From contig OZ287708.1 in the NCBI GenBank assembly GCA_965649825.1, forward strand, positions 329,411-393,410: 64,000 nucleotides of DNA, given 5' to 3'. The translations under genes and the position numbers were made by a program. Below, in pieces: positions 49,141 through 61,600 of this stretch (its first letter is position 1; every line of letters starts with the position of its first letter). The notes under the pieces were generated by a model. It saw only the letters and a program-made list of their open reading frames with translations. It did not search any database and had not been told where the DNA came from. Origin of the DNA: Penicillus capitatus (taxonomy: Eukaryota > Plantae > Chlorophyta).

Positions 49141-51339
49141 CACCTGTGCCATAGAAGGAGGCTATGCCAACATAGTGGACTACTTACGAAGCAAAGGGGC
49201 AGCAACGTATTACCTGCCTCACATCTGGCCGCCAACGGAGGCCTATCAACTGCTTTGACTGACTGCAGGCAGCCATTGGCGGTTTACCTTCTGCTTTGGA
49301 CGTCACTAGAGGCCTACCAACCGCTTTGGCTGCACTGGAGGCAGCCATTGGCGGTTTACCTTCTGCTCTGGACGTCACTAGAGGCCTACCCACCTCTATG
49401 GCTGTCACTGGAGGCCTATCGACCGGTTTGGCTGCACTGAAGGTTGTCATGGCCGGTTTATCTTTTGCTGTGGCCGTCACTAGAGGCAGTCTGGGTGCCC
49501 TACCTTGTCTTTGCTATTGCTGGAGGCCTTCTCTGCGATTGGAAGCTTTCGTGGAGCGTCCTACCTGATGCCTAGCGGCTGCGTGGCGGCCATCATGTCG
49601 AGAAAAATACAATCTGCTGATTGGTGAAAAAAGGCCATTTTTCCTCGCCGACTATGTTCTGTGAAATGACAGATTTGGATGTTTGCTCCGGGTAGCATAC
49701 TGTTTCTGATCAATAAGCACAGATGTAGAAACGAAACCGCAGTTTTTACGAGATTGAAGAACACAACTGTAAAAGCATAAAATGTTCAAGTTACAGCGCG
49801 CTCTGTGGTTGGACGTATCGATAGACCACCGAAAATAGCGAGGAAGAAGATGAAGCTGACGGTGGGGCAGCAGCCATAGTGTGGAACGACGCACTGTGGT
49901 GGCTAGACAGAATACGTGATACGCATTCGCCCATCGAATCCACATCCAGCAGTTCTCTGAGCATTGCGCTCGCGTAGATGCGCTGGAAGGGCACGAACAG
50001 AATCCACGACGATTCACCGTCGGGTTCCAGCACATGGGACACTCTGATAACCAAGGCGATGTGCTCGCGTCTGCAGGACAGTGCCTCTTTGTGAAGCGTC
50101 TTCTCCGTCTCCGTTGAGAGAACCGAGGAGGAATTCGTTCTCTTGTCTAGTCTCAGCTTATCGTCTCCTTGCACGCAGACATCGATGTGATATTGATTCG
50201 AGCAGTGCTTGGCAACACCATCTAACTGTCGTGGATCTTCTTAGCTGCTCGTTCAGTCCGGTCAGAACATTCGCAATTCGGATCTCCGTGCGTTCTCAGG
50301 TTTCCTCTGAGACTCCGATTTCCTGTTGGCGAAAATAAACTTGGAAAGCTCTGACTTCGTCGTTCGTCTTAAGTTCAGCTGCATGGAAGGTGCTGTCGTT
50401 CAACTTTGTCCTTTCGGCACACGACTTCTCTACGTCTGTCGATCTTCAGGGCATCAGGAAGCACATCAAGGACGTGTTATTTATTGACTCCGGTGAACGA
50501 TAGGCGAAGATGTGTCTTCGGAACATTGTCCCGCTGAAGAATCCCTCATCAGGTAAGGAAGATCAAGGCTTCATCCCGACGAGAGTCGCCGTCGCGCGTG
50601 GCGAGTGAATTCTCACTGTCGCGTTCTAAAACAATTGCGACACTCTGCCAATTCGTGTTCAATGCCAACCTTGTCTGAGATTTTACACGGCGAACTCTAC
50701 TGTGAAGAAGGCAAATCTGCCGATTCCGTTTTTTGACTCTCGACTTGGCAGTCCTGACAGAACGAAGAGTACAGGAGACGACCATTCGGACGAGTTAAGG
50801 ATTTTAAACCGCTACACAATTCCAACTTTCGACGATGAAAACAAGAGATTCGAAACTGCGATTTCGCTACTTGGTATCTGCTTATCGTAAAAATGATGCT
50901 GCACAAACAGATGTCTAAGACCGAGCTCAGTCGTTGGTGGGCATGGCAGATGAAGAGCGCAGACTGCGGTCGATTCGTTGCAGGACATCGCGCGCGATGC
51001 TTGGCGCGCGCGAGATGATATCGGACGGTGGAGGAGATGGATCTTCGACCATGGTCGTACGTTCTGAGGTCGGATGGGAGTCTCTGTGTCTGTAGGACGG
51101 CAAGCAAAGGTAGGGCATCGTAATCGGCTGCGATGCCGATGAAATCGAGCTTTTCCTGCCACACCATCGATTAGCCCATCGCCATGTTTGATATGCGTCG
51201 ACCACGTATGAGTATCGCTGTGCGTCCTTCGACGGGGATTTCTGCTACCGGGCGATACCACCTTGCTCCTCGCCACTGACACCAGCGTATCCACGTCTCT
51301 CTTTTGCGTCGTCTGCGAAAACGAAAAAACGGATGCGAC

Positions 51340-52325
51340 GTCGAAGAGAGTGAGAAATGATCGGACGCCTGCCGTTCTCTGCCAGCCACGAAGACGTTCA
51401 TTCTCTTTCGCCAGGCGTTTGCTGGTATTCACCAGTTCCAAAACTTCATCGTTTATATTCCTGTCTTGATGTGACAGCGATGCGCGCTGCTGATCGGCTA
51501 CGGAGAACAATAGAGATTGCCGAGTAACAACCGGGAGCGTGATAACTTTTTTGTCCAAGTTCAGCCTCCAGTCTATCTTGTCGGCTGCGTCGCCCATCGG
51601 ACTGGAGGTCCGCATGAAGCTCTGCGTTTTCTCTTACCTGCAGACGATATCGAATTTCGGCCTCGCTCGCCGTTTTCTTCAGCGTGTCGATATCGTCTTG
51701 CCGTTCGACGATCATGCGATGCCGATCGCCAGCGATCTTCGTTAAGCGCATGACATCTCTCTGGAAATGATGCGCCTTCTCTCTCAGTGTCGCATTTCAC
51801 CTGCAACAGATAGCTTCACTTGCGGAGAGGCACGTGACCGAGGGAGACATTGCACTCAGCAAGAGCGCGTTTTAGCATTGCTGCCTCCTGCTCAGCACGT
51901 TCACGGTCGGCATGGAGAGTCCGCTGCAGCCGGTCGCGTCGGGAGAGGTCTTGACTGAGTTTGTCAATGCGTTCATCAAATTCGCCATTCGCACGCGATT
52001 GAGCTTCCAATCTCTCCTGCATTGATCGGCCAGAGGGACCGGTACCGTGCCGCAAACCAGCCAGCCCACCTGAAGGGACAGGTTCTCTGCTGCTAAGGTC
52101 TGTTTCTCGTCGGCTATTTGAGCGACATCGCGATTGGTCAGCTCGAGGGTGGACTGAATGCGTTTCAGTTGCTCAGCAAAAGCCTCGACTTCTTGTTCTT
52201 TCTTCGAGATCACATGCCGAGCGCTTTCCAATTCGACCTCGCTCTTTTGGCTGTTTGTCTATGGCACGCTTTTTGAATGCGCTGCCCCAACTCTTTACAG
52301 GCACGCGATACCAGCTGCACTTCGA
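51340..52325 (-). pseudogene. Fragmented long coiled-coil gene (possibly centriolar, CEP135/Bld10-like; unconfirmed), 5'-truncated by duplication copy B
   Basis: Heptad-like frames KKEQEVEAFAEQLKRIQSTLE.., QERLEAQSRANGEFDERIDKLSQDL.., IDTLKKTASEAEIRYRLQVRENAEL are interrupted by stops and frameshifts. Confidence 0.45.
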
Positions 52326-52356
52326 GATTTTGCATCGTGATAGGAATAGGGAAAGA

Positions 52357-53646
52357 ATGGATGTGTCGTACAATTCGATGTCGATCCGAATTCTGAAGCA
52401 TGTGTCGAAATGGCCTCTACCGATTTCAAAGACGATTTGCTGGCTGACGATCGCCACGCATGATGGCGACTTCCACTGTGACGATGCATTGGGTGTCTGG
52501 CTCGTGAAGCAGACGGATCGATTTCGCGATGCATCGATCCTCCGAACGCGCGATTCGTCTCTGCTCGACGAAGCAGACGTCGTCGTCGATGTTGGGGGTG
52601 TTCACGATCCACGTCAGCTAAACATCCACGTGCTTCGTTTGGAAAAGATTCTTGATGTCCAGAGACCCTTCGCTTCCATCATGCTGTGTATGGTTTTGAT
52701 GACATCTACAAGAGAAGTGCGTTTTCCGTCCGTCTGATCCGTCCGTCTGCAATGAGAACTGGCAGGCCTCAAGATTCAACCCTCCAGCGCAGGACTCGTC
52801 TATGCGCATTTCGGCATAGCTACAGTAAGTTGTCTCTCCGTCGGGGACGAGGCGTCGTTGTGGTAGGGAAGGAAGTCATTTCCACTATTGCAAAGGATTT
52901 TAAACTAAACGATAAAGAATTGGATGGAGGCGATCCACGAGCACATATAGAGGAATACATCGAAGCGCTTTGCGCCATAGCCCTCGGTACAGACCCTTGG
53001 ATTGCATTCGTTGTCGGTCCGAGCATGTGTGTGGCAAGGTTATCGTCAATGTGTCGCGGGTAACTCGCGGAAGACGGGGAATGCCAGAACTACCTACCGT
53101 GATGCAACGGGGCTGTCAGCTCGGTCGGCCGCGTCCCGTCAATGGTGTCCTGTCTTCTAGCATTGGTTTTCTGCGTGGAGCTGCGTGAGGCGTGCACTGG
53201 AAACAGTGCATCAGGTTCACGAGGGTGGAGAGACTATGTTCCCTGAACGACACTGCCCGTGGATCGAGGTCCTTTCGGAACTCGAATCCAAGATTCTGAA
53301 AGAGGGCCAGATCAAGTTCTGCGTGCACGTTCTTGTGAGTCCATGGTCCTACGGAATCCATGCATCCCGAAGAGGCAGGCGTGCATAGGAGGTGAATGGG
53401 ACAGGTGTTTATATCGTCGAAGCTGTCCCCAATCATCCACTGAGATTCTTCTGTCGCAATCCATTCCCTTACGAATGGGGAGGCTTGTCAGGAGAAGAGC
53501 TTGAGCGCAAGAGTGGGATTGAAGGCTGTCTCTTTGTGAGGAAAATCGATCACATAGGAGCACATCGCACAAGGGAAGGCGCTATTGCTATGGCTCTAAA
53601 AGCAATCGAGATCCATAAATCTCGCGGTGGTTACTACTTTGGATAA
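52357..53646 (+). pseudogene. MYG1-family paralog A2, degenerate
   Basis: Same lesions as A1, plus a +4/-1 indel pair near 52925-52950 and a 1-bp deletion near 53123. Confidence 0.7.
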
Positions 53647-53905
53647 GATGCCTTTGCAGATTCACCTACCCGTTGTCCGATTCAAACTCGAGCCATCCCG
53701 TTCAACATCTACAGGCCACTCAGTCGAGAAGGGAACGGCTTGGGGATAATACGTGGACGATCGATGCAACATTCTTAGCAATCATGCTTTAGAACAGCTT
53801 CACATTCGGTCGCGTCGCAGATGACGATCCCTTAAGTCTTTGATCGTTCTATCAGGCGAATAAAACACAATCGAACCATCCAGTCGTTGGACTGTTCGTC
53901 ACCGG

Positions 53906-55314
53906 ATGCGGATTTCAAGTTTCGTGCCCGGCATACGAAGAGTGCTGCGGCCGTTTTTGAAGACGACACGCGCGTTTTCGATTGTCACGCACGATGGCAA
54001 CTTTCACTGTGACGAAGCCTTAGCCGTGTGGATGCTGAAGCAGACAGCACGATTTCGGGATTCTCCCGTCATCCGAACACGAGATCCTTCACTCGTTGAA
54101 AAGGCGGACGTCACCGTCGACGTCGGGGATATCTACGACCCAGGTTGCTCGATTCAACGTCACCCACTGGCCTGATACAGACGCGTTGATTGATAGACAC
54201 CCTTCGATTCGACCATCACCAGCCGGGTTTCGAAGAGTACTTCGATTCGAGTAAGTTCTGATGCCGTCTCCACGAAGGAGATGACGAACGAATCATTTCA
54301 GATAGACGCCGCATTCAGTTATCGAGCTGCGGACTCGTGTACAAACACTTTGGTATGCCTGGCTACGTGATGTTCGTCGAATACAGAGACGAGAGCGTGT
54401 TTCTGCATCAGGAAGAGAAGTGATTTCTGAAATCGCGAAGGACTTTGAACTGACAGGCGAGGAGATGGAAACACTTTACCAAAGAGTCTATGCAGCATTC
54501 ATCGAGGCCATCGATGCCATGGATAACGGTGCAGATTGCTCTGTTCTATGCTTTGTCTGAGGAGGACTGCCGTGATAGGTTACCCTGAATGTGTCACGGA
54601 TACTTATCGAATGCGTAAAGCTTGCAAGACCTTCAGCGATTGCACAGGGTTGACTGCCAGAGTTCGAAGGATGAATGTTCACTGGCGATCGCCTCCTGAT
54701 GTCACATCCGATGGTCAGTTCCAGAAGGCGGTGGAGTTGTGTGGCAAAGAGTTTGCGGAATTCGTTCTCTACAGAGCTTATGTTCGTCCATCTTTCTAGA
54801 CGAGACCCCTCCCTGCCGACAGTTTGTTTTCTAGAAATACATTCCGGCACGAAGATACGTGCAACGTGCCCTGGAGACCATCTACGACGTTAGCAAACAG
54901 GGCGATATTATGTTGTTGGAGATCGGGTGTCCATGGAACAGATTCCTTCATGAACTCGAGTCTCAGATTCTGAGGCACAACCAAGTCAAGTACTGCGTTT
55001 ATACTGGCGTAAGCAAGCCAACAGTTTCTCTGACGAGCTTCCCAGAGAGGTGACGTGTCCAGGAAGAGGAAAACAGTGACTATCGAGTTCATGCCGTTAC
55101 CGTTAACCCCGATTCGAATACGCCTCGTCTTGGGTTCCCCGACGAATGGAGAGGGTTGAGTGGAGAGAAGCTCGAACGCGTGACCGGAATCGAAGGTAGC
55201 TCCTTTGTGCATCGAGGAGGATATATTGGAAGGAATCGCACAAAGGAGGGTGCCATCGCCATGGCCCGAAAGTCCATAGAGATTGCAAGAGGAAAGAGAT
55301 TTGTCACCGGTTGA
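53906..55314 (+). CDS. MYG1: MYG1-family exoribonuclease, paralog B2, apparently intact
   Basis: All B1 motifs and splice sites are retained; the TGA at 55051-55053 lies inside an intron. Confidence 0.85.
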
Positions 55315-56310
55315 TCATGAACGTCATTGATCGTCCGTCAGCTGCCTCGACGAATCTCGATCTTTCGATTTTGCGTTGTGTCAGACGGAGACTGTGTTTG
55401 TGAGTCTTCTTATCGGCGATGAGCAAACTCGAAACCAGGACTGCACTAATGGAGTCGTTTTCGTGAATTTGACAGTTCAAAACAGGCACACGGCCACGAC
55501 TTCACACACACCAACATCTTTCTTAAATACCCAGGCAATCATTACGGTCTTCACAGAACACTGTCTAATGGTAATTGGCTCGACTCTCTCCCGCTGCATC
55601 ACATTCATGTCTCTTCGAAGTTTCACAGAGATTTGGCCAAATGGCCATTCCTTGGCGGAGAGTATAAGTACTAATGTGGAAACTGGAGTTCACATTTTAG
55701 CTTCTGCTTCCTGGAAAATCGGGAGTTCTGCATCACAGAAGGTTCTTCGAATCAACTGCGGTCGGTTGAATTTAAATGTCGACGAGAACATCCGACTGAC
55801 TCATCGAATGGACGATAAGCTTATCTGAGAACTTTTTGCGTCGCAAGAGTAGCAAGTCTGTTTCCACGTGTCCTTCAGATAGACGTTGTGGGTTCTGTCA
55901 ACAGGTTACTGAACATGCAACCCAACTTTTGGACGAAGAGCTGCCCGTTGGAGGACCGTCCGCATCGGAATGTGGTGGTAGACCTTACCTGCCGGATCTC
56001 GATATCCAAGAAAGAAAACGGGCGAAGTTTTGCGTGCCCTCGCATTGAAACATGACATCTTCAATACCGAGTCGCTTGTCGCAGCATGCAACGCTACGAC
56101 GAATAAAAATGAACGAAACATTCCTCTTGGATGGTTAAGGAGATTTGGCGAAAGAAGTCGTCATGGATGTCTCAAACCTGATGCTGTCTTCGAATTCGCA
56201 GAAGTGGCCAAAATCGCACCTGTTCTCGAACAAGATGCGGATTCTCTGAGAGAACTGGTGTGTGTCCTCCGTTCAAGAATCATCATGCAGACACGCTGCA
56301 ATGCGCCGAG

Positions 56311-56560
56311 TTGGATGCTGCCAAGACAGTCAGTTCACAAGGTGAGGTGGCTATTGCAGAGAGCAAATGTGATGGGACATTCGTGTGGTGGCTGGTCTTC
56401 ACGGATTCGCGTCTTCGCTGATGGATCTGGACTTTGCACCAGCAGGACGTGAATTTGTAGCCGATGGCTTTGATCGGATGGCTGAGACTGTTCGAGAAAG
56501 AGCAGCAGGAAGAAGAGATGTCTACTTCATTCCTCGCATGTCACGACGGTCTTCCTGCTG
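56311..56560 (+). pseudogene. DCAF13/SOF1-like fragment, copy 2
   Basis: MDLDFAPAGREFVADGFDR; the splice acceptor TTCAG of copy A is TTCAC here. Confidence 0.62.
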
Positions 56561-58287
56561 TTCCGGTCTTGATGCAAGCAACGTATGTCTTTTGCGTCAG
56601 AATCAAACGCAATGGCACCGTGTGCCGTGTTTACGTATCCCGACTTTTAAGAACAGACAGTTTCCACAGGTTTTCGACCATTGTCGACTCTTTAATCGAA
56701 ATACCTTGTACTTGCTGCCCGTTTCGCGTTCCTGCTTCTTTTCCACGTCAGTGATCGACTTGGCGTGCATCTGCAATCATCACTAAACATAGGCAAATAG
56801 GCTTTTTCGTGCCGCGTCCGATTCAGAGATATTAGCTCCTGTTTCGTCTGGCATCATCCCCTTTGTCTCGTCTCGATTTGCCTGGCGAAACATCTAGGAG
56901 TGGACAGTCGCATTGTTTTGGCACCCTTGTTCATCGCGAACAAACTCTCTCATCCGAAATCGTTTTCGCGTCTACAGAGCGCATCGTTTAATGTGTGTTC
57001 TCTCGCACTGTTTTCTGAAGATGCCTTGTTGTGCGAATGTCTTTCGGACTCGATCCAACGCGTCGACGGTGGCATGCATCTCGGTGTTCAATGAGGAATG
57101 CCGCGTCACAGGTCCAAATGGCAGAGCCACGAGCAGGCATTTCTACAGTGTCTGTCTTTCACGCGTTCCACGGAGCATTTGCCGCACGAGAGAACATCGC
57201 CAGCGCTGACGACATCTCCTGGAACGCCCCACGCATGCAAAACACTCGGAGGTAGTTAGTCTTTCATTACAGACATTTTCCAGAAGTGTCTCAGAACGGA
57301 AAAACAGACATTCTCCGTCACAGCCCTCATAGCCTCAGAACTCGCCAGACACTAGAACGGAACGGCATGGACGATTCCAACGCAGATGCAGCAGCATGCC
57401 ATCCACTTCCAATGGTAATCCACCACTTTGGTGCGCTCTGCACGGTGGAATACGCCGGAAAGAAAGAAGGCGATGACATTGGATCGCGACTGGCTTCGAC
57501 CGCGATCAACTGCGCCATCACGCAGGTTGCTCTCGAAACTGTCTGATCGATGGCTTCGCAGACAGAACAGCAATCTTGCACAGCAGCCACACAACGCGAT
57601 AGAACTTCGCTAGTTGGAGCGAACGGCGTCTTCCAAAGCACTCACTCAACGCTATGCGCGAGCACGAACCGAACGACGACTCCGCGGCCGTCTGGTTCTC
57701 GCAGGGCGTCGTTCGGTTCCGCCTTCCATGTTCGAGGGAGTTAGGACCAACGACAACCCCTCAAACCGATACGCGTTACACCGCGCAGAACGCTCTGCCG
57801 ACGGCGTTTGCGACGGAGACGCCCGAAAAAGACGGCCGTCCAGACGCAGAGTCCGTGCCGATCATGCGAACGAGAGAGACCGCCGCTTTCCTCTGCCCAG
57901 GCAACGCGGAGCTGAGCCGGGCGGTTTGCCGTTCGGAGATCCGCGTCGGAACAGCCGCAGAGAACGCATGCGCGTTACACTCAGAGCGGAACATGCCGAC
58001 AAACTGTAAAGAACTTTGACTGTAATACACTTCGCAAAGCTTCCAGAAGCGCACTCCCTTTTGCGTCGCGCATCCGACGACAGTGCTCTGCGTTTCTGAA
58101 CGTCTGGCAGCCGATCGTTTGTCCAGCGGCGCATGCAGCGCCGCCGAACGGCCACGGTTCCCAGCCGCCACCCGCAGGTCGCGCTCGGCAACCGACGCGG
58201 CTATAAAGGTCCTGTCACAGACCCTTCCGCACTGTCGACTTTCCTTGGCGCCTTCCTGTTTTCCGGAGTTCAAGCAAAGACGAAGAT

Positions 58288-59467
58288 ATGGCCGAAGCAC
58301 GCATGTTCACAGAAGACGACTACGGATATCCTGACAGACCGTGAGTCCTGTGGCCATTCGTCGACGCGTCGCGCGCTACGGAGCCTTTCGACTGCGGCTG
58401 GACACTCTCCATGAACACGCATGCGTCCGGCTGCAGTCGAGAAGCTCTGCAGCGCGCGACGCGTCGACGAACTCTTCTTCGACTGATCTCTAACTCTTCT
58501 GTGTGTTCTTAGATTTGACCAGGTGACGTTGAGGGAGGTCCTGGGCAGTCACCCGCCCAGGGCCTTCGAAGGCTTGGACGAGGCCGCGCGTGTGCAGTTG
58601 TATTGGGACCTAAAATCCCGAACAACTGCACAGAGGGGTCAAGCGCACATCGATGCGCAGACCCCTCCTGTGCGGTTTGGACCCAATAGGGTCCAAACCC
58701 CACAGCCGCGGCCTGTGCGGCGGGCGAGGGTCCTGTCCTCAGAGGACAGGAGAGCGCGACTGGCCCAACAGGGCCAGCCTGCCGCTCCGCCGCCTCCAGC
58801 GCGCCCCGCTCCGCCGCCGCCTGCAGTCTCAGAGCCACTGCCGTGCCAACATCCGGCATCACCAGCGCCAGCGCCAGCCGAGACTCCTCAGGCCCAGCCG
58901 GCCTCGCCGCCAGCAGCACCCCAGCCGAGCGCGCCTCTGCCGATGGATTGGTCGCCAGTGCCGCCGGCAGCTTATTCTCAGGCCCAGTCAGCCGCACCGA
59001 CTCAAGCATCATCGCAGCCACCGTGTCCAACTGTCATGGAGTGGTCATCCTGTCCCTCTCCTCAGCCGACCCCGACAATGCCCGCTTCCGTCACCCAGTC
59101 CATCAAGCCTCCACCTTTCCCCCCTCGCCCACAGGTGTTTTGCATCCCAGCGTCCCCGCCTCCACTTATCCCCTCGCGCCTGTTTAAGTTTTCATTCCCC
59201 TTTTTCCCACCTTCCTTTCCTGTACGCACCTCCCAGTTTTCCTTACCCTGCCCCCCTCCAATCCCACCACGCCCCTTTGTCTTTTCCGTCGGGCCCCTCG
59301 GTATCCCTCCCAGACCGTATTTCCTCTCCGGCCAGTGTGTGCCCATCGGTCCTGCCATTCCAGAACGGCTTTTCTTTCTATCAGGCGAATGTGTAAGTTA
59401 CTCTGCATTTCCTTCTCTCTTTCAATGTGTTTTTCTGTAGGTTTTCATTGAAGATTGGTCTCTCTGA
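58288..59467 (+). CDS. Orphan proline-rich protein P3 (319 aa); exons 58288-58340, 58513-59392, 59441-59467; mosaic of P2 (5') and P1 (3')
   Basis: Intact spliced frame MAEARMFTEDDYGYPDRP|FDQVTL...LSGEC|VFIEDWSL*. Confidence 0.85.
58357..58471 (+). ncRNA. Intronic inverted repeat (pre-miRNA-like hairpin) in P3 intron 1
   Basis: The right arm is identical to that of P2; left-arm changes give two G-U pairs and one A-C mismatch; the stem is extended by a terminal TTC/GAA. Confidence 0.45.
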
Positions 59468-59869
59468 GGGCCTGTTTGTTTAGTTTTTTGAACGCTGTTT
59501 TCTTTTTTGAAAGAAAAATATAAAAAGAAACAAAGATCTGAAAGGGCTGTTTTCGTTTCTTGCTGTTTCTGCCATTCCACCTCCGCTTTGTAGTGGATGG
59601 TTGTGTGTTTTCTGTTTTTACATAGAGGCTGTCAAGGGCCCATCTGCTGTTTTGTTTGCTCGGAGGCTGAAGTGTCCTAACCTGCTGTCTTGATGCGATC
59701 AAAGGCCTGGAGGCTGTCATAGATGTTCTATTTACTGCTTGTTGTCATTGGAGTGCGCCATGGATGTTCTACCTGCCGCTATTGCTGTCTTGCTGGAGGC
59801 CTTCGTAAATCATCTACATGATCTCTTGCTGCTGCTGCTGCTGCTGCTGCTGGAGAACTTCTCTTGCCG

Positions 59870-61600
59870 CGTGGAGGCAGTCGTTTTCGAACTACCTGAT
59901 GCCTGGAGGCTGTGTGGAGGCCGTCTTTTTCGAACTACCTGATCTCTGGAGGCTGTGTGGAGGCCGTCTTTTTCGAACTACCTGATCTCTGGAGGCTGCG
60001 TGGAGGTCGTCTTTTTCGAGCTACCTGATCTCTGGAGGCTGCGTGGAGGTCGTCTTTTTCGAGCTACCTGATCTCTGGAGGCTGCGTGGAGGCTTTCTTT
60101 TTCGAACTACATGATGCCTGGCGGCTGCATGGAGGCCGTCGTGTCCGTCTCACCTGATCTCTGGCGGCTGCATAGAGGCCGTCGTTTCTGAACTACATGA
60201 TGCCTGGCGGCTGCATGATTCCGTCATCAGCGTTCTACCTGATCTCTGGCGGCTGCATAGAGGCCGTCGTGTCCGTCTCACCTGATCTCTGGCGGCTGCG
60301 TGGAGGCTGTCTTTTTCGAACTACATGATGCCTGGCGGCTGCATGGAGGCCGTCGTGTCCGTCTCACCTGATCTCTGGCGGCTGCGTGAAGGCCGTCATC
60401 AGCGTTCTACCTGATCTCTGGCGGCTGCATAGAGGCCGTCGTTTCTGAACTACATGATGCCTGGCGGCTGCATGGAGGCCGTCGTTTCTGAACTACATGA
60501 TGCCTGGCGGCTGCATGGAGGCCGTCTTTTCCGAACTACCTGATGCATGGCGGCTGCATGAGACCGTCGTGTCCGTCTCACCTGATCTCTGGCGGCTGCG
60601 TGAAGGCTGTCTTTTTCGAACTACATGATGCCTGGCGGCTGCATGGAGGCCGTCGTGTCCGTCTCACCTGATCTCTGGCGGCTGCGTGGAGGCTGTCTTT
60701 TTCGAACTACATGATGCCTGGCGGCTGCATGGAGGCCGTCTTTTCCGAACTACCTGATGCATGGCAGCTGCATGAGACCGTCGTGTCCGTCTCACCTGAT
60801 CTCTGGCGGCTGCGTGAAGGCTGTCTTTTTCGAACTACATGATGCCTGGCGGCTGCATGGAGGCCGTCGTGTCCGTCTCACTTGATCTCTGGCGGCTGCA
60901 TGGAGGCCGTCTTTTTCGAACTTCATGATGCCTGGCGGCTACATGAGACCGTCGTGTCCGTCTCACCTGATCTCTGGCGGCTGCGTGGAGGCTTTCTTTT
61001 TCGAACTACATGATGCCTGGCGGCTGCATGGAGGCCGTCGTGTCCGTCTCACCTGATCTCTGGCGGCTGCGTGGAGGCTTTCTTTTTCGAACTACATGAT
61101 GCCTGGCGGCTGCATGGAGGCCGTCGTGTCCGTCTCACCTGATCTCTGGCGGCTGCGTGAAGGCTGTCTTTTTCGAACTACATGATGCCTGGCGGCTACA
61201 TGAGGCCGTCTTTTTCGAACTACCTGATGCCTGGCGGCTGCATGAGGCCGTCTTTTTCGAACTACCTGATGCCTGGCGGCTGCATGAGGCCGTCGTTTCT
61301 GAACTACCTGATGCCTGGCGGCTGCATGAGGCCGTCATCGGCGTCCTACCTGATCTTTGGCCGCGTGGAGGCCGTCGTGGCGGCGTCCTACCTGACGTCT
61401 GGCGGCGGCGGAAAGGCTGTCTTAAGCGTCCTTCCTGATCTCCTGCTGCTACTGGAGGCCTTCACAGCGAATGAAGGCCGTCGTGGCGGCGTCCTACCTG
61501 ACGTCTGGCGGCGGCGGAAAGGCCGTCTTAAGCGTCCTTCCTGATTTCTGGCGGCTGCATGAGGCCGTCTTTTCCGAACTACCTGATCTCTGGTGGCTGC
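59870..61600. repeat. Minisatellite family 4, about 43-bp monomers often as an 86-bp dimer (CTACATGATGCCTGGCGGCTGCATGGAGGCCGTC../CTCACCTGATCTCTGGCGGCTGCGTGGAGGCTGTC..)
   Basis: 86-bp period at 60621 and 60707; about 38 monomers; the array ends with one family-2 hairpin at about 61611-61637. Confidence 0.95.

Noticed and set aside
34184-49568. Many long ORFs in all six frames within the arrays (e.g. 47269-48411, 380 aa)
   Set aside because: Expected in stop-poor GC-rich repeats; frames shift between units, and there is no consistent start or homology.
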